Part shown: piece by piece, positions 10,513 to 19,508 of the stretch
Layout of the letters: each line of letters begins with the position of its first letter
Position numbering within the stretch: the first letter of the stretch is position 1
Assembly (NCBI GenBank): GCA_046582655.1
Contig: JAYGDX010000089.1
Coordinates: forward strand, 34,229-98,228
Length of the DNA: 64,000 nt
Source of the DNA: Candidatus Poribacteria bacterium
GTDB taxonomy: Bacteria; Poribacteria; WGA-4E; UBA9662
Direction of reading: 5' to 3'
Program-made: the position numbers and the translations under genes
The notes under the pieces: model-generated
The model's database searches: none
Told to the model about the DNA's origin: nothing
The model's input: only the letters and a program-made list of their open reading frames with translations

Positions 10513-11552
10513 AGGATTTTCCGCTCCGAACTACGGTTATAGGAAGTTATCCATTTCCAGGTTGGCTTGAATTTGCCTCTCAGAACTTAGATCAATTCGG
10601 CTTCAGCGATATAGAAGAAATTCAGGAAGACGCGGTAACTGTTGCTATAGGTGACCAACTTGGTGCTGGTTTAGATGTCATTACTGATGGGGAACAGACA
10701 CGCTTCGACTTTAATTTGTCCTTCTATGGCTACCTGAAAGGGATTGAGACTGAGGCCGAAATTTCTCGACAATTTGGTCCACCAGCACATGATCAGCGAG
10801 GGAAACACAAGATTATTGACCAAATTACTGCTCCAGATGGGCTTGGCGCGGTTGAGGAGTTTGGCCGGCTTCAACGACTGACATCTTACTTAGATCCACG
10901 CCCGGTTTTGAAGTCATCTGTACCTGGACCATACACTATGAGCGGTCGGTTGATTCCGAATGATCAGTACCCCGACCGTTACGCAGTTACAGAAGCATTA
11001 TTGCCGATTGTACAGAATGAATTGATTCTTTTGGTGGAAGCTGGTTGCCAAGAATTAACAGTTGATGAACCTTCAATGAGTTGCTACGCTTACCACGAAA
11101 ATCCAGCCTGGTTTGTCGACATTTTTAATCGTACAATTGAACCCATTCGCGGTAAAGTTCGACTCTCGACGCATTTATGTTTCGGCAATTTCAAGGCACG
11201 TGCAGTTGGGTTGAGGAAATACGCACCAATGTTTCCAGCGTTTCTTGAGATGAACGTTGACGAGATCCATGTCGAAATGGCAAGTCGCCGGTTTTCCGAA
11301 ATTGAGATCGTCGAATTGATTTCCCGAAAAATGGATGTGGCAGTTGGAATAGTTGATGTAAAAAGCTATTATATCGAATCTCCCGAGGATATAGCAGACA
11401 GTGTTCGGCTCTGCTTAAAGCACGCTTCGCCAGAGCGTTTATCATTTTCCCCAGACTGTGGTCTGAGTCAAACTGCACGTTGGGCAGCACGCCAAAAATT
11501 AATAAATATGGTCAAGGGTGTCAAAATTGTTCGCCATGAACTTGGGCTTTAA
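10509..11552 (+). CDS. Single-barrel cobalamin-independent methionine synthase II (MetE C-terminal-like) family protein
   Basis: TTVIGSYP, GLDVITDGEQTR, VDEP, Zn ligands HLC...E...PDCGL. Confidence 0.85.
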   Translation: MKDFPLRTTVIGSYPFPGWLEFASQNLDQFGFSDIEEIQEDAVTVAIGDQLGAGLDVITDGEQTRFDFNLSFYGYLKGIETEAEISRQFGPPAHDQRGKHKIIDQITAPDGLGAVEEFGRLQRLTSYLDPRPVLKSSVPGPYTMSGRLIPNDQYPDRYAVTEALLPIVQNELILLVEAGCQELTVDEPSMSCYAYHENPAWFVDIFNRTIEPIRGKVRLSTHLCFGNFKARAVGLRKYAPMFPAFLEMNVDEIHVEMASRRFSEIEIVELISRKMDVAVGIVDVKSYYIESPEDIADSVRLCLKHASPERLSFSPDCGLSQTARWAARQKLINMVKGVKIVRHELGL

Positions 11553-11646
11553 TCCCCATATTTGTTGAACTTAAGTCAACAACCTTGACTTCACGCAAGA
11601 CATAATGTTAAAGTGAGGTTACAATCTTATCAAGTGAGTAAGTATA

Positions 11647-12735
11647 TTGGGAAATAAAGCGTCTTTTATTCAAAATCTAATTTTCTTTATAGTAGTTTTT
11701 CTCATTATCACCGTCAGTGGTTGTGAAGACGATGCGATAAACGAGGCCAAGCCCAAACTCGGCCAAATTGAAGGTTTGCTAAAACCAGCTGATGCTGCTA
11801 CTGAAATTCAACTGGTACAGGCAGGAAATATTGTGGCAACCACCTATCCGGACGAGAATGGAAAATACATTTTTTCTAATCTGGAATTTGGGGGCTATGA
11901 CATCATTGTTATTGCAGAAGGATACCATGTCGCATCTGAAGTCAACACCATCACACTTGATAAAGAAGTCGCTATCAAGAATTTCCAGCTTGTTCCACTG
12001 ATGGCTTCAATACGGGGAATCGTCATAGATTCTGAAGGTGCTTTTATAGAAAATGCATCAATTACGGTCTCTGCACTTGGTGATGAATTTACAACTCAAA
12101 CAGATCAATTTGGGGTTTTTTCTTTTAATCAATTACCATCAGAAGTTGGGTTGGTATTGGGAATCTTTGCAGATGGAAAGGTTGAACTTCAGGTTACAGT
12201 TGAGCCAATTGAAAAGGGAGGAACAAAAGATCTACAAATCAGTCTCAAAGAAATAGAACAGAAAATTGGTGTCGGTTCACAAGTAGGTGACTTGGCTCCC
12301 AATTTCTCATTATCTGATGTGGATGGTAAAATTGTTTCTTTGAAAGATTTCGCTAGCAAACAAACTGTTCTTCTTACCTTTCACCGTGGCAAGTTGTGAC
12401 CTGTATGCTTACCGCAGTTGGTACAACTGCTACAAAAAAATTATAATAAAATTTTAGATCTCAAAGCTGAAGTCATTGCTATTAGTCATGAATCTGTGGT
12501 CGAAAACAAGAAGATTCATCAGCAACATAAACTGAAATATCTTTCTCTATCGGATCCAACAGCAAAGACAATTCGGGACTACAAGGTGTTAGACTTTGGC
12601 AGATTTCCCAAGGTATCCTTTTTCATTGTTGATAAGCAGGGCATTATTCGTTGGCGTTCCACGCACAGTGGTGCCAATCCTGATGATTTGCCAAAGATTG
12701 ATGACTTGCTTAAGGCAATTCAGTTAGCCCAGTAA
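11647..12735 (+). CDS. Probable selenoprotein lipoprotein: two carboxypeptidase-regulatory-like domains plus AhpC/TSA (Prx-like) redoxin with UxxC
   Basis: Lipobox VSGC. ORFs 11647-12399 and 12418-12735 are in frame across TGA 12397-12399, reading FHRGKL-U-PVC (family motif FxRGxWCPxC). Hairpin directly downstream. Confidence 0.85.
12414..12430 (+). promoter_or_regulatory. Candidate bacterial SECIS element
   Basis: Perfect stem GCAGTTG-gta-CAACTGC starting 14 nt after the in-frame TGA; G at the start of the loop. Confidence 0.7.
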
Positions 12736-12765
12736 TTCAATTAGCGCTGTAGAGAGGATTTTTCA

Positions 12766-13278
12766 CTGAGAGCGTTCATTCTTATCGCTTTATTTTGTTG
12801 CTCTTTCGGTTGTTCAAACGAGACTGACAACGCTGATAATCCCAGTAATCCGGCCCAAGACTCGAATTCTCCCCTGGCGCCGGATTTCACCTTGCTCAGC
12901 ACGGACTTTAAGCTGGTAAGTTTATCCGACTATCAGGGAAAAATCGTTCTTCTTGATTTTTGGGCTACATGGTGCAAATCATGTCAAGAAGAAATCCCAA
13001 TCTTTATTGACCTATATGACCAGTACCGCGATCAAGGATTTGAGATGGTTGGCATTTCGATTGATAGTGAACGTCTTAAGGTAGTCAATCCTTTTATTGA
13101 GAAACTAGGTGTAAACTATACAATTCTCCTGGGTGAACCAAATCTAATGGACAAATACAATATTATGGCGATTCCAACTGCAGTCCTGATCGACCAATCG
13201 GGTAATATCCGTAAAAGGTTTACTGGTGCGCAACTAGACAGACTTATTTACGAAAATGAATTAAAAAAACTGCTATGA
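12766..13278 (+). CDS. TlpA/ResA-family disulfide reductase lipoprotein, probable CTG start
   Basis: LLDFWATWCKSC. The frame is open upstream of 12892 to TAG 12742 and encodes a signal peptide and lipobox (RAFILIALFCCSFGC). AGAGGA RBS lies 7 nt before CTG 12766. Confidence 0.85.
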   Translation: MRAFILIALFCCSFGCSNETDNADNPSNPAQDSNSPLAPDFTLLSTDFKLVSLSDYQGKIVLLDFWATWCKSCQEEIPIFIDLYDQYRDQGFEMVGISIDSERLKVVNPFIEKLGVNYTILLGEPNLMDKYNIMAIPTAVLIDQSGNIRKRFTGAQLDRLIYENELKKLL

Positions 13279-13502
13279 AAAAATTGTCGTTGATTATCTT
13301 GGTGGGCGGAATTATCAGCATCGGAGGTTGTTCAACACACTTTACGCAAAACGAACAACTTCAACTTGACCTATCAGGTTCTGTAGCAGAAACACCAGCC
13401 ATTTTAGCCGAATTTGATTCTAGTGGAGGGGAGGAAAACTCTGGAGATATTACGAAGAAATCTGGCAGTAGTTGTGCCAACGGCGTTTGCACAATCTATT
13501 AA
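13275..13502 (+). CDS. Small lipoprotein with C-terminal CxxGxC motif
   Basis: MKK + hydrophobic stretch + IGGC lipobox; Gly/Ser/acidic linker; ends SSCANGVCTIY; ATGA overlap with tlpA. Confidence 0.75.
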   Translation: MKKLSLIILVGGIISIGGCSTHFTQNEQLQLDLSGSVAETPAILAEFDSSGGEENSGDITKKSGSSCANGVCTIY

Positions 13503-13515
13503 CAGATCTACAACC

Positions 13516-14646
13516 ATGTTTTCCTTCCTGTTTTTTTTCTTGCTTCTTTCCTTTCCATTTACTTCATTGGCACAATTGCCTTACTTTCAAACCTTCCAAC
13601 AGAATCTCAAAGTCAAATTCCAAACAGAAAGCACCTATGACAATCACATTGAATTGGGTTTGAGTATCGACCCATATACCAGCAACCTTTCGGGTCGTCG
13701 AAACCCACAAATACGAAGCCTTGTTAACCAAGCAAGAATACATCTGCAAGGCTCTTTTCCCGTCAGCCAATTCTTTGGTATAAAAACGCAGTTCAAAACA
13801 CAGTTGGAAGATTACATTGGAAGAGATGATAAACTTGATAATTTTAATGGTTTCAATAACATCTTCTCAACAGAATTTCTACTTCGATTAAGCAATCAGT
13901 TGCCGCATCTTCGTTTCCAGCACCAGATTCAGCGCCTTGACCGAGAAGATGACATTTACGATTACGTTGAAAACCAAATTGGTTTTCAGTTTGGTGAAGT
14001 GTTCAAATATCATCTTCGATTCAGGAACTTTGACGATAATCGAACTCGTCGAGAAGATTTTCTACTTGTAGGTTCTCGTTCACACTTGGGTATTGGGCGA
14101 TTACAATTTGGTATCCTGAAAAACATTTTAGGCCGGTTCGAATACCAAATTGAGCATCAACGTTATAAAAATAACTTGAACAACTTGGTGCTCGGAATTG
14201 CCAAAATCGATCCAGGAGATCTTCGTACCGATTGGAAACACCTTTTTACAACCCAACTAATACAGATTCCAACAAATCAAATCATCATTCAAGAAGATAT
14301 CAGCTTTTTTCAGAATAATTCCGATACATCATTTTACGATTTTGTAAGCCTTGAATTTGGAGGTACCGGTTTCCATCAAATGGCTGATAGACGTTGGATC
14401 AGACTGCGTTTGTTCGCACTCCAACTCAATTTTAAAGATCGAAAACTTATTTTTCAAAATCAATCGCAAAATAGAATAAATCAGCAAATTGGAATTGACT
14501 TCCTAATGCATTGGAAGCTGACTAATAAATTTTCTTTGCTTTTCGGATATCAACTGGTGAAAAATCGTATCAACGAGAAATCCGAAATTCTTGATTTTTT
14601 GAACTATCATCACAACATTATTTCAATCAAGTTGACCTATGACTAA
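13516..14646 (+). CDS. Probable outer-membrane beta-barrel protein
   Basis: Signal peptide from ATG 13516 (MFSFLFFFLLLSFPFTSLA|Q); alternating hydrophobic strands throughout; C-terminus ISIKLTYD. Confidence 0.65.
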   Translation: MFSFLFFFLLLSFPFTSLAQLPYFQTFQQNLKVKFQTESTYDNHIELGLSIDPYTSNLSGRRNPQIRSLVNQARIHLQGSFPVSQFFGIKTQFKTQLEDYIGRDDKLDNFNGFNNIFSTEFLLRLSNQLPHLRFQHQIQRLDREDDIYDYVENQIGFQFGEVFKYHLRFRNFDDNRTRREDFLLVGSRSHLGIGRLQFGILKNILGRFEYQIEHQRYKNNLNNLVLGIAKIDPGDLRTDWKHLFTTQLIQIPTNQIIIQEDISFFQNNSDTSFYDFVSLEFGGTGFHQMADRRWIRLRLFALQLNFKDRKLIFQNQSQNRINQQIGIDFLMHWKLTNKFSLLFGYQLVKNRINEKSEILDFLNYHHNIISIKLTYD

Positions 14647-15544
14647 ACCAATCTTGCAAGGCAATCAATTTCTGGCCAATGTCAAAGAATATCCCAAAGA
14701 AAATGGACATTTTAACCTATGGTGGCTTGGTCAAAGCGGCTATTTGATTCAGTGGAATCGAGCAAATGGAAATTCAATTATCTCACGGCACTTGCTGATA
14801 GACCCCTATTTATCCAACTCGTTGACAAAAAAATACGCCGATACTGACAAGCCTCATATCCGGATGACAGAGATGGTAATTAACCCTAATCAACTCGATT
14901 TTATTGATGTAGCAACCTCCAGTCATAATCACACGGATCACCTAGACGCAGAAACCCTGATCCCATTGATGAGTGTGAATCCAAAACTAAAAATTGTTGT
15001 ACCTGAGGCAAACCGTGACTTTGCTGCGGATCGATTACAGATTGATGCCGAATCACTAATTGGATCTGATGCAGGAAAGAGCGTGACAATCGCTGATATT
15101 GAAATCAACGGAGTACCCGCAGCACACGAAACGCTGGAGATTAATGCAGACGGACAGCATAAATTTCTCGGCTACGTGTTTCAGTTTGGAGAATGGACAA
15201 TTTATCATAGCGGTGATACAATGCTGTATGGTGGAATGGTTATCCAATTCAAGAGATGGGAGATAGATTTGGCGATCCTGCCGATTAACGGTTCTGATCC
15301 TTCCCGCCGAGTGTCCGGTAACCTGAGCGGTTCCCAAGCAGTCTGGTTAGCTCAACAAATCGGCGCTAAGTTGGTCATTCCATGCCACTATGAGATGTTT
15401 GAATTCAATACGGTTTCACCAGATCAGTTTGTGGCTGAAGCAAAGAAGCAAGGACAAAATTATTGTTTGCTAAAATGCGGCGAAAGATTTAGCAGCAAAG
15501 GGAACGAATTTAGCAATTCCCGAAACGATGGAGGAGAAAATTGA
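14639..15544 (+). CDS. MBL-fold metallo-hydrolase (UlaG-like lactonase family)
   Basis: [34 protein letters not shown]. Confidence 0.88.
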   Translation: MTKPILQGNQFLANVKEYPKENGHFNLWWLGQSGYLIQWNRANGNSIISRHLLIDPYLSNSLTKKYADTDKPHIRMTEMVINPNQLDFIDVATSSHNHTDHLDAETLIPLMSVNPKLKIVVPEANRDFAADRLQIDAESLIGSDAGKSVTIADIEINGVPAAHETLEINADGQHKFLGYVFQFGEWTIYHSGDTMLYGGMVIQFKRWEIDLAILPINGSDPSRRVSGNLSGSQAVWLAQQIGAKLVIPCHYEMFEFNTVSPDQFVAEAKKQGQNYCLLKCGERFSSKGNEFSNSRNDGGEN

Positions 15545-16740
15545 TGGCACAATCACATAAAATTACCATGTTAGGTACAGGTTTTATCGCTGATTTTTAC
15601 ACCTTAACGCTTCATAATCAGCGTGGGCCAGAACAGGTCCATATGGTTTATTCGCGATCTGAAGAACGGGCAAAAGGGTTCCAAGACAAATGGGGAGTTC
15701 CTCATGGATCTATCAGTCTTGAAAAAGCTATCAACTGCGCAGAAACTGACACAGTGATTATCGGTTTGCCGAATCATCGTCACGAAGAAGCAGTGATTGC
15801 CGCAGCGAAAGCAGGTAAAGCAGTTCTGTGCACTAAACCTCTGGGACGGAACGCCGACGAAGCCAAACGAATGTTGGATGCCGTTGAAAAAGCTGGTGTC
15901 TTCAATGGTTACTTGGAAGACTTAGTTTATCCTCCCAAGACGTTGAAAGCAATTCAATCCGTCAAAAACGGAGCCCTAGGGAAAATCTTATGGGTCAGAT
16001 CTCGCGAAACACATCCTGGACCTCATAGTGACTGGTTCTGGGATATTGAACAAGCTGGAGGTGGGGCGATTGTCGATATGGGATGCCATTGCGTTGAGAT
16101 CATTCGAAATTTCGTAGGCAAGGGCATCCGGCCTGTTGAAGCGATGTGTTGGGCTGATACACTTGTCCATCCCATTGATGCTGAAGACCACGGAATTGGT
16201 CTAATCCGGTTTGAAAATGGTGCTATGGGTCAATTTGAGGTCAGTTGGGCTTTTCGGGGTGGGATGGATCTTCGCGACGAAATTTCTGGTTCGGAAGGAA
16301 CTATCTGGCTTAATCATTGGCTGAGAACTGGTTACGAGATGTTTACCTCAGTTGGACAGGGCGGCTACGTGGCAGAAAAGGCAGAAGGTGATACAGGCTG
16401 GCTTTTTCCTGTTGGTGATGAAGCGGCAGAACTCGGATATACTGATATGTTTAATGAAATGTTCAACTGCTTGGATAACAGCACCAAACCAACGGAAACT
16501 TTCTATGACGGTTATGTTGTCAATGCCATGATTGATGCCTGCTACAAGTCTGCCAAGTCAAAGCAATGGGAGCCGATCCAACTAGAGGTTTGGCATGGTG
16601 AGGAATCTGTCGAACATCTTAGATCCATAACTGAGATAGATGGAAAGGTTCTATTAAAAACTGAAGTCATGCCAGATGGAAAAACCAAGCAGATCCTCAA
16701 AGACCCGGAAACCGATAAAATAATTGAGCAAATACTGTAA
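15544..16740 (+). CDS. Gfo/Idh/MocA family oxidoreductase
   Basis: [29 protein letters not shown]. Confidence 0.9.
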   Translation: MAQSHKITMLGTGFIADFYTLTLHNQRGPEQVHMVYSRSEERAKGFQDKWGVPHGSISLEKAINCAETDTVIIGLPNHRHEEAVIAAAKAGKAVLCTKPLGRNADEAKRMLDAVEKAGVFNGYLEDLVYPPKTLKAIQSVKNGALGKILWVRSRETHPGPHSDWFWDIEQAGGGAIVDMGCHCVEIIRNFVGKGIRPVEAMCWADTLVHPIDAEDHGIGLIRFENGAMGQFEVSWAFRGGMDLRDEISGSEGTIWLNHWLRTGYEMFTSVGQGGYVAEKAEGDTGWLFPVGDEAAELGYTDMFNEMFNCLDNSTKPTETFYDGYVVNAMIDACYKSAKSKQWEPIQLEVWHGEESVEHLRSITEIDGKVLLKTEVMPDGKTKQILKDPETDKIIEQIL

Positions 16741-16745
16741 CGTGG

Positions 16746-18041
16746 ATGACTAACTTATTTGATATCGGCGACCGCCATGAAATTTATCTGAACAGTTTAA
16801 CCTATTCCAATTCGGCTGTCGGTCGAATTGACAATATCGTAACTTTCGTGGAAGGTGGTGTCGCAGGCGATACTGTTCTAACTGAAATCACAAAAATTAA
16901 GAGGAAAAGTCTCGAAGCCAAGATTATCGAATTTGTTTCGCCATCTCCAGATCGGGTGGATCCTCCCTGTGATTTCTTTCGAGATGGATGTGGTGGATGC
17001 CAATGGCAACACACTGATTACGCCACGCAGATTGATGCCAAAAAGCAGATACTAACCGAGAGTCTCAAGCGAATTTCCAAATTAACATATCTACCGGATA
17101 TTACGCTGCACCCAGCCAATCAAACACTGGGTTATCGAAATTACATTCGTCTAACGGTATCCGAAGTTGAACCGACACTCAAGTTCGGTTTTAAACGGAA
17201 AAACACGCATCAACTTGTTCAAATTAACCAATGTAAAATCGCCGATCCACAGATTAATCTTTCATTACCCCAAGTTATTGATCTAATCCGGGATTTCCAG
17301 ATTTTTTCGGTCAAATCGTTCTCTCTGCGAAGGTCAAAATCCTCTGGTGAAGTCATGTTGATTCTCATCTATCCCAAAAGTAAGAAACCAAACTTAAAAA
17401 TCCAGACTGAAGACTTAAAAAATTATCCGCAGATCAACTCGGTTTATGTCAAGACAGGTGAACGCGGTTCGCCAAGTTGGGTTGCAGGTAAACACTCAAT
17501 GACGGAAGTAATTGGAGGTATCAGCTATGAGATTGGTGCTGACTGTTTCTTTCAAACTAACTTTAGCGGATTAGGAACCCTGATTAAAATTGTTGAGCAC
17601 GGTGTTCAGTTCATCAAACCATTAACAACAATCGACGCGCATTGTGGAGTTGGAACGTTCACGTTGCCGATTGCCAAGTATTCACAACGCATTCTTGGAA
17701 TTGACTTGCACCGGCATTCGGTGAACTCAGCCATTAAAAACGCCAAACGAAATCAGATCAATAATGTCGAGTTTCAAACCGCAAATCTCGCACAGATTAA
17801 GGGTATCAAGGCGGATTTTATTATTCTCAACCCCCCAAGAACCGGGTGCTGGAAAGAGGATTTAGTTGGCATAACCAGAATGCTCCCACCCCACGTTATG
17901 TACGTATCGTGCAATCCAACCACGCTGGCGCGCGATTTAGTCAAACTTAAATCAGTTTACAAAATCGCGAATTTGGATTTGGTCGATCTTTTTCCGATGA
18001 CCTATCATTTTGAAACAATTGCTTGGCTTCAAAAACAATAG
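16746..18041 (+). CDS. rlmD: 23S rRNA (uracil-5)-methyltransferase RlmD/TrmA family
   Basis: TRAM domain, CGGCQWQH Fe-S motif, FFQTN, HCGVGT, NPPRTG, YVSCNPTTLARD, DLFPMTYHFE. Confidence 0.9.
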   Translation: MTNLFDIGDRHEIYLNSLTYSNSAVGRIDNIVTFVEGGVAGDTVLTEITKIKRKSLEAKIIEFVSPSPDRVDPPCDFFRDGCGGCQWQHTDYATQIDAKKQILTESLKRISKLTYLPDITLHPANQTLGYRNYIRLTVSEVEPTLKFGFKRKNTHQLVQINQCKIADPQINLSLPQVIDLIRDFQIFSVKSFSLRRSKSSGEVMLILIYPKSKKPNLKIQTEDLKNYPQINSVYVKTGERGSPSWVAGKHSMTEVIGGISYEIGADCFFQTNFSGLGTLIKIVEHGVQFIKPLTTIDAHCGVGTFTLPIAKYSQRILGIDLHRHSVNSAIKNAKRNQINNVEFQTANLAQIKGIKADFIILNPPRTGCWKEDLVGITRMLPPHVMYVSCNPTTLARDLVKLKSVYKIANLDLVDLFPMTYHFETIAWLQKQ

Positions 18042-18053
18042 TTGGAGTGAAAA

Positions 18054-18902
18054 ATGAGTCGAAAAATAGAAGTTTGGGAAGTAGCAATTTCCATATTCTT
18101 GGTTACCGGTTTTTTGATGGCGGATGGACAAGCAGATATAGAGGGAAACACGGATCAACTTCGGTTAAGAGCAGAACTGCAACGCCTTGAAAGTGAATTA
18201 AAACGCATCTCCAATCCGGAACAATTAGAGGTTGAAGAAAACTTTCAACAACAAAAAGATACACCTGCGCGTGTCAGAGAAATCCAACAACGGATTGGGA
18301 AAATTCAAGGTATTCAGTCACAGCCAGGAAGGAAGGTATCAGTACCAACTAAAGAACAACTCGACAAAATTATTGCCAATTTACGGGTGGAAATCAACAA
18401 AGCAAACAAACCGATTGAGAAAGTTGCTGAATTGGCACCAGGTTCGGAAGAATTGCGAATGCTTCGCCGACGTTTAAGTCACAAAAAGCGAGTACTGCAC
18501 TGGAGAATTTCGCAGCGAAATTGGCTTGAAACCCAAGAGGAGAAAAAACTTCAACAGTTAGATCCTGAAGGAGAAAAGACATCACCATCGTCAGAACAGA
18601 TTGAAGTTGTTCTTGACGAACTCAGCATTGATCCAACAGAATTCAACCAGTCAGAAGATACGTCATTCCACAACCGCCAACAACTTGAGTTCTTTTCATT
18701 AAACTATGTGTCTGCAGATTATGCATTAGATGTAGTTGAACCATTTCTTACCCCTGGAAATATAGCCGTTTCAGTTGATCTTAACACAAATACCCTGATC
18801 GTAAGAGACGTACCGAAAGTGCTAATTGATATTGACCAGATAATAGCCCATATTGACATTAATACCGATAAACAAAATAAGAGGCAAATACCAGATGATT
18901 GA
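18054..18902 (+). CDS. Secreted coiled-coil protein with C-terminal secretin-N (NolW-like) domain
   Basis: N-terminal hydrophobic segment; FFSLNYVSADY...VSVDLNTNTLIVRD...IIAHID. Confidence 0.6.
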   Translation: MSRKIEVWEVAISIFLVTGFLMADGQADIEGNTDQLRLRAELQRLESELKRISNPEQLEVEENFQQQKDTPARVREIQQRIGKIQGIQSQPGRKVSVPTKEQLDKIIANLRVEINKANKPIEKVAELAPGSEELRMLRRRLSHKKRVLHWRISQRNWLETQEEKKLQQLDPEGEKTSPSSEQIEVVLDELSIDPTEFNQSEDTSFHNRQQLEFFSLNYVSADYALDVVEPFLTPGNIAVSVDLNTNTLIVRDVPKVLIDIDQIIAHIDINTDKQNKRQIPDD

Positions 18903-18986
18903 TATTTTCCTCTTGCGGTTGAGCAGGATTTTTTCTTTAAAAAAACCTCCTTAAAATCCTTCCAAGGAGTAAAATACATTTTCTCT

Positions 18987-19310
18987 CTAATAACTACGCC
19001 TTGTTGTGTTACTGCTTCCACGGAAGCCTGTATTCCGGTTGAAGCCTGTATTTCGGCTATTGGAATTTCCACGGTTATTGGAATTTCCATGACGGGAACG
19101 ATAATCGCCATTTTGGTTATCCCGAAGAGCCAGTTTCAGTTTACGCTCCCTTTTCAAGGTTATTCTACGTTTTTTCTCACTCGGCTTTTCATAGTAACTT
19201 CTCTTTTTGATTTCTTTGACGATTCCAGCCTTAGTACAATTCTTCTTAAAACGACCGAGAGCCTTTTCAATAGGTTCATCTGGATTAACCTTAACTTGTA
19301 CTTGAACCAT
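18987..19310 (-). CDS. rpsU: 30S ribosomal protein bS21 with low-complexity C-terminal extension
   Basis: EPIEKALGRFKK..AGIVKEIKKRSYYEKPSEKKR. The protein reads on the minus strand (cat 19308-19310, RBS ctcctt 19321-19326) although the ORF track labels it +. Confidence 0.93.
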   Translation of the reverse strand: MVQVQVKVNPDEPIEKALGRFKKNCTKAGIVKEIKKRSYYEKPSEKKRRITLKRERKLKLALRDNQNGDYRSRHGNSNNRGNSNSRNTGFNRNTGFRGSSNTTRRSY

Positions 19311-19508
19311 GACTTATTTACTCCTTAAACAACAATTATGGATACTCGAATTATATGGAATTTAAATACTAAAGTACATCAGACTTTTCTGAAATTTGCC
19401 CTAAAACACGCAAAATTACGGTATAATTGCTAACAAGATGCCAGTCGAATTATATCAACTTGACTAGCCATTATCAATAAAAAATTAGATTATAGAGCTA
19501 ATAGTAGT

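Noticed and set aside
11562..11582. Inverted repeat TTGTTGA-acttaag-TCAACAA upstream of the redox module
   Set aside because: Cannot tell a terminator from an operator or chance in AT-rich DNA
13414..13515. ORF-track start of the barrel gene
   Set aside because: Overlaps the small lipoprotein; the signal peptide begins at ATG 13516
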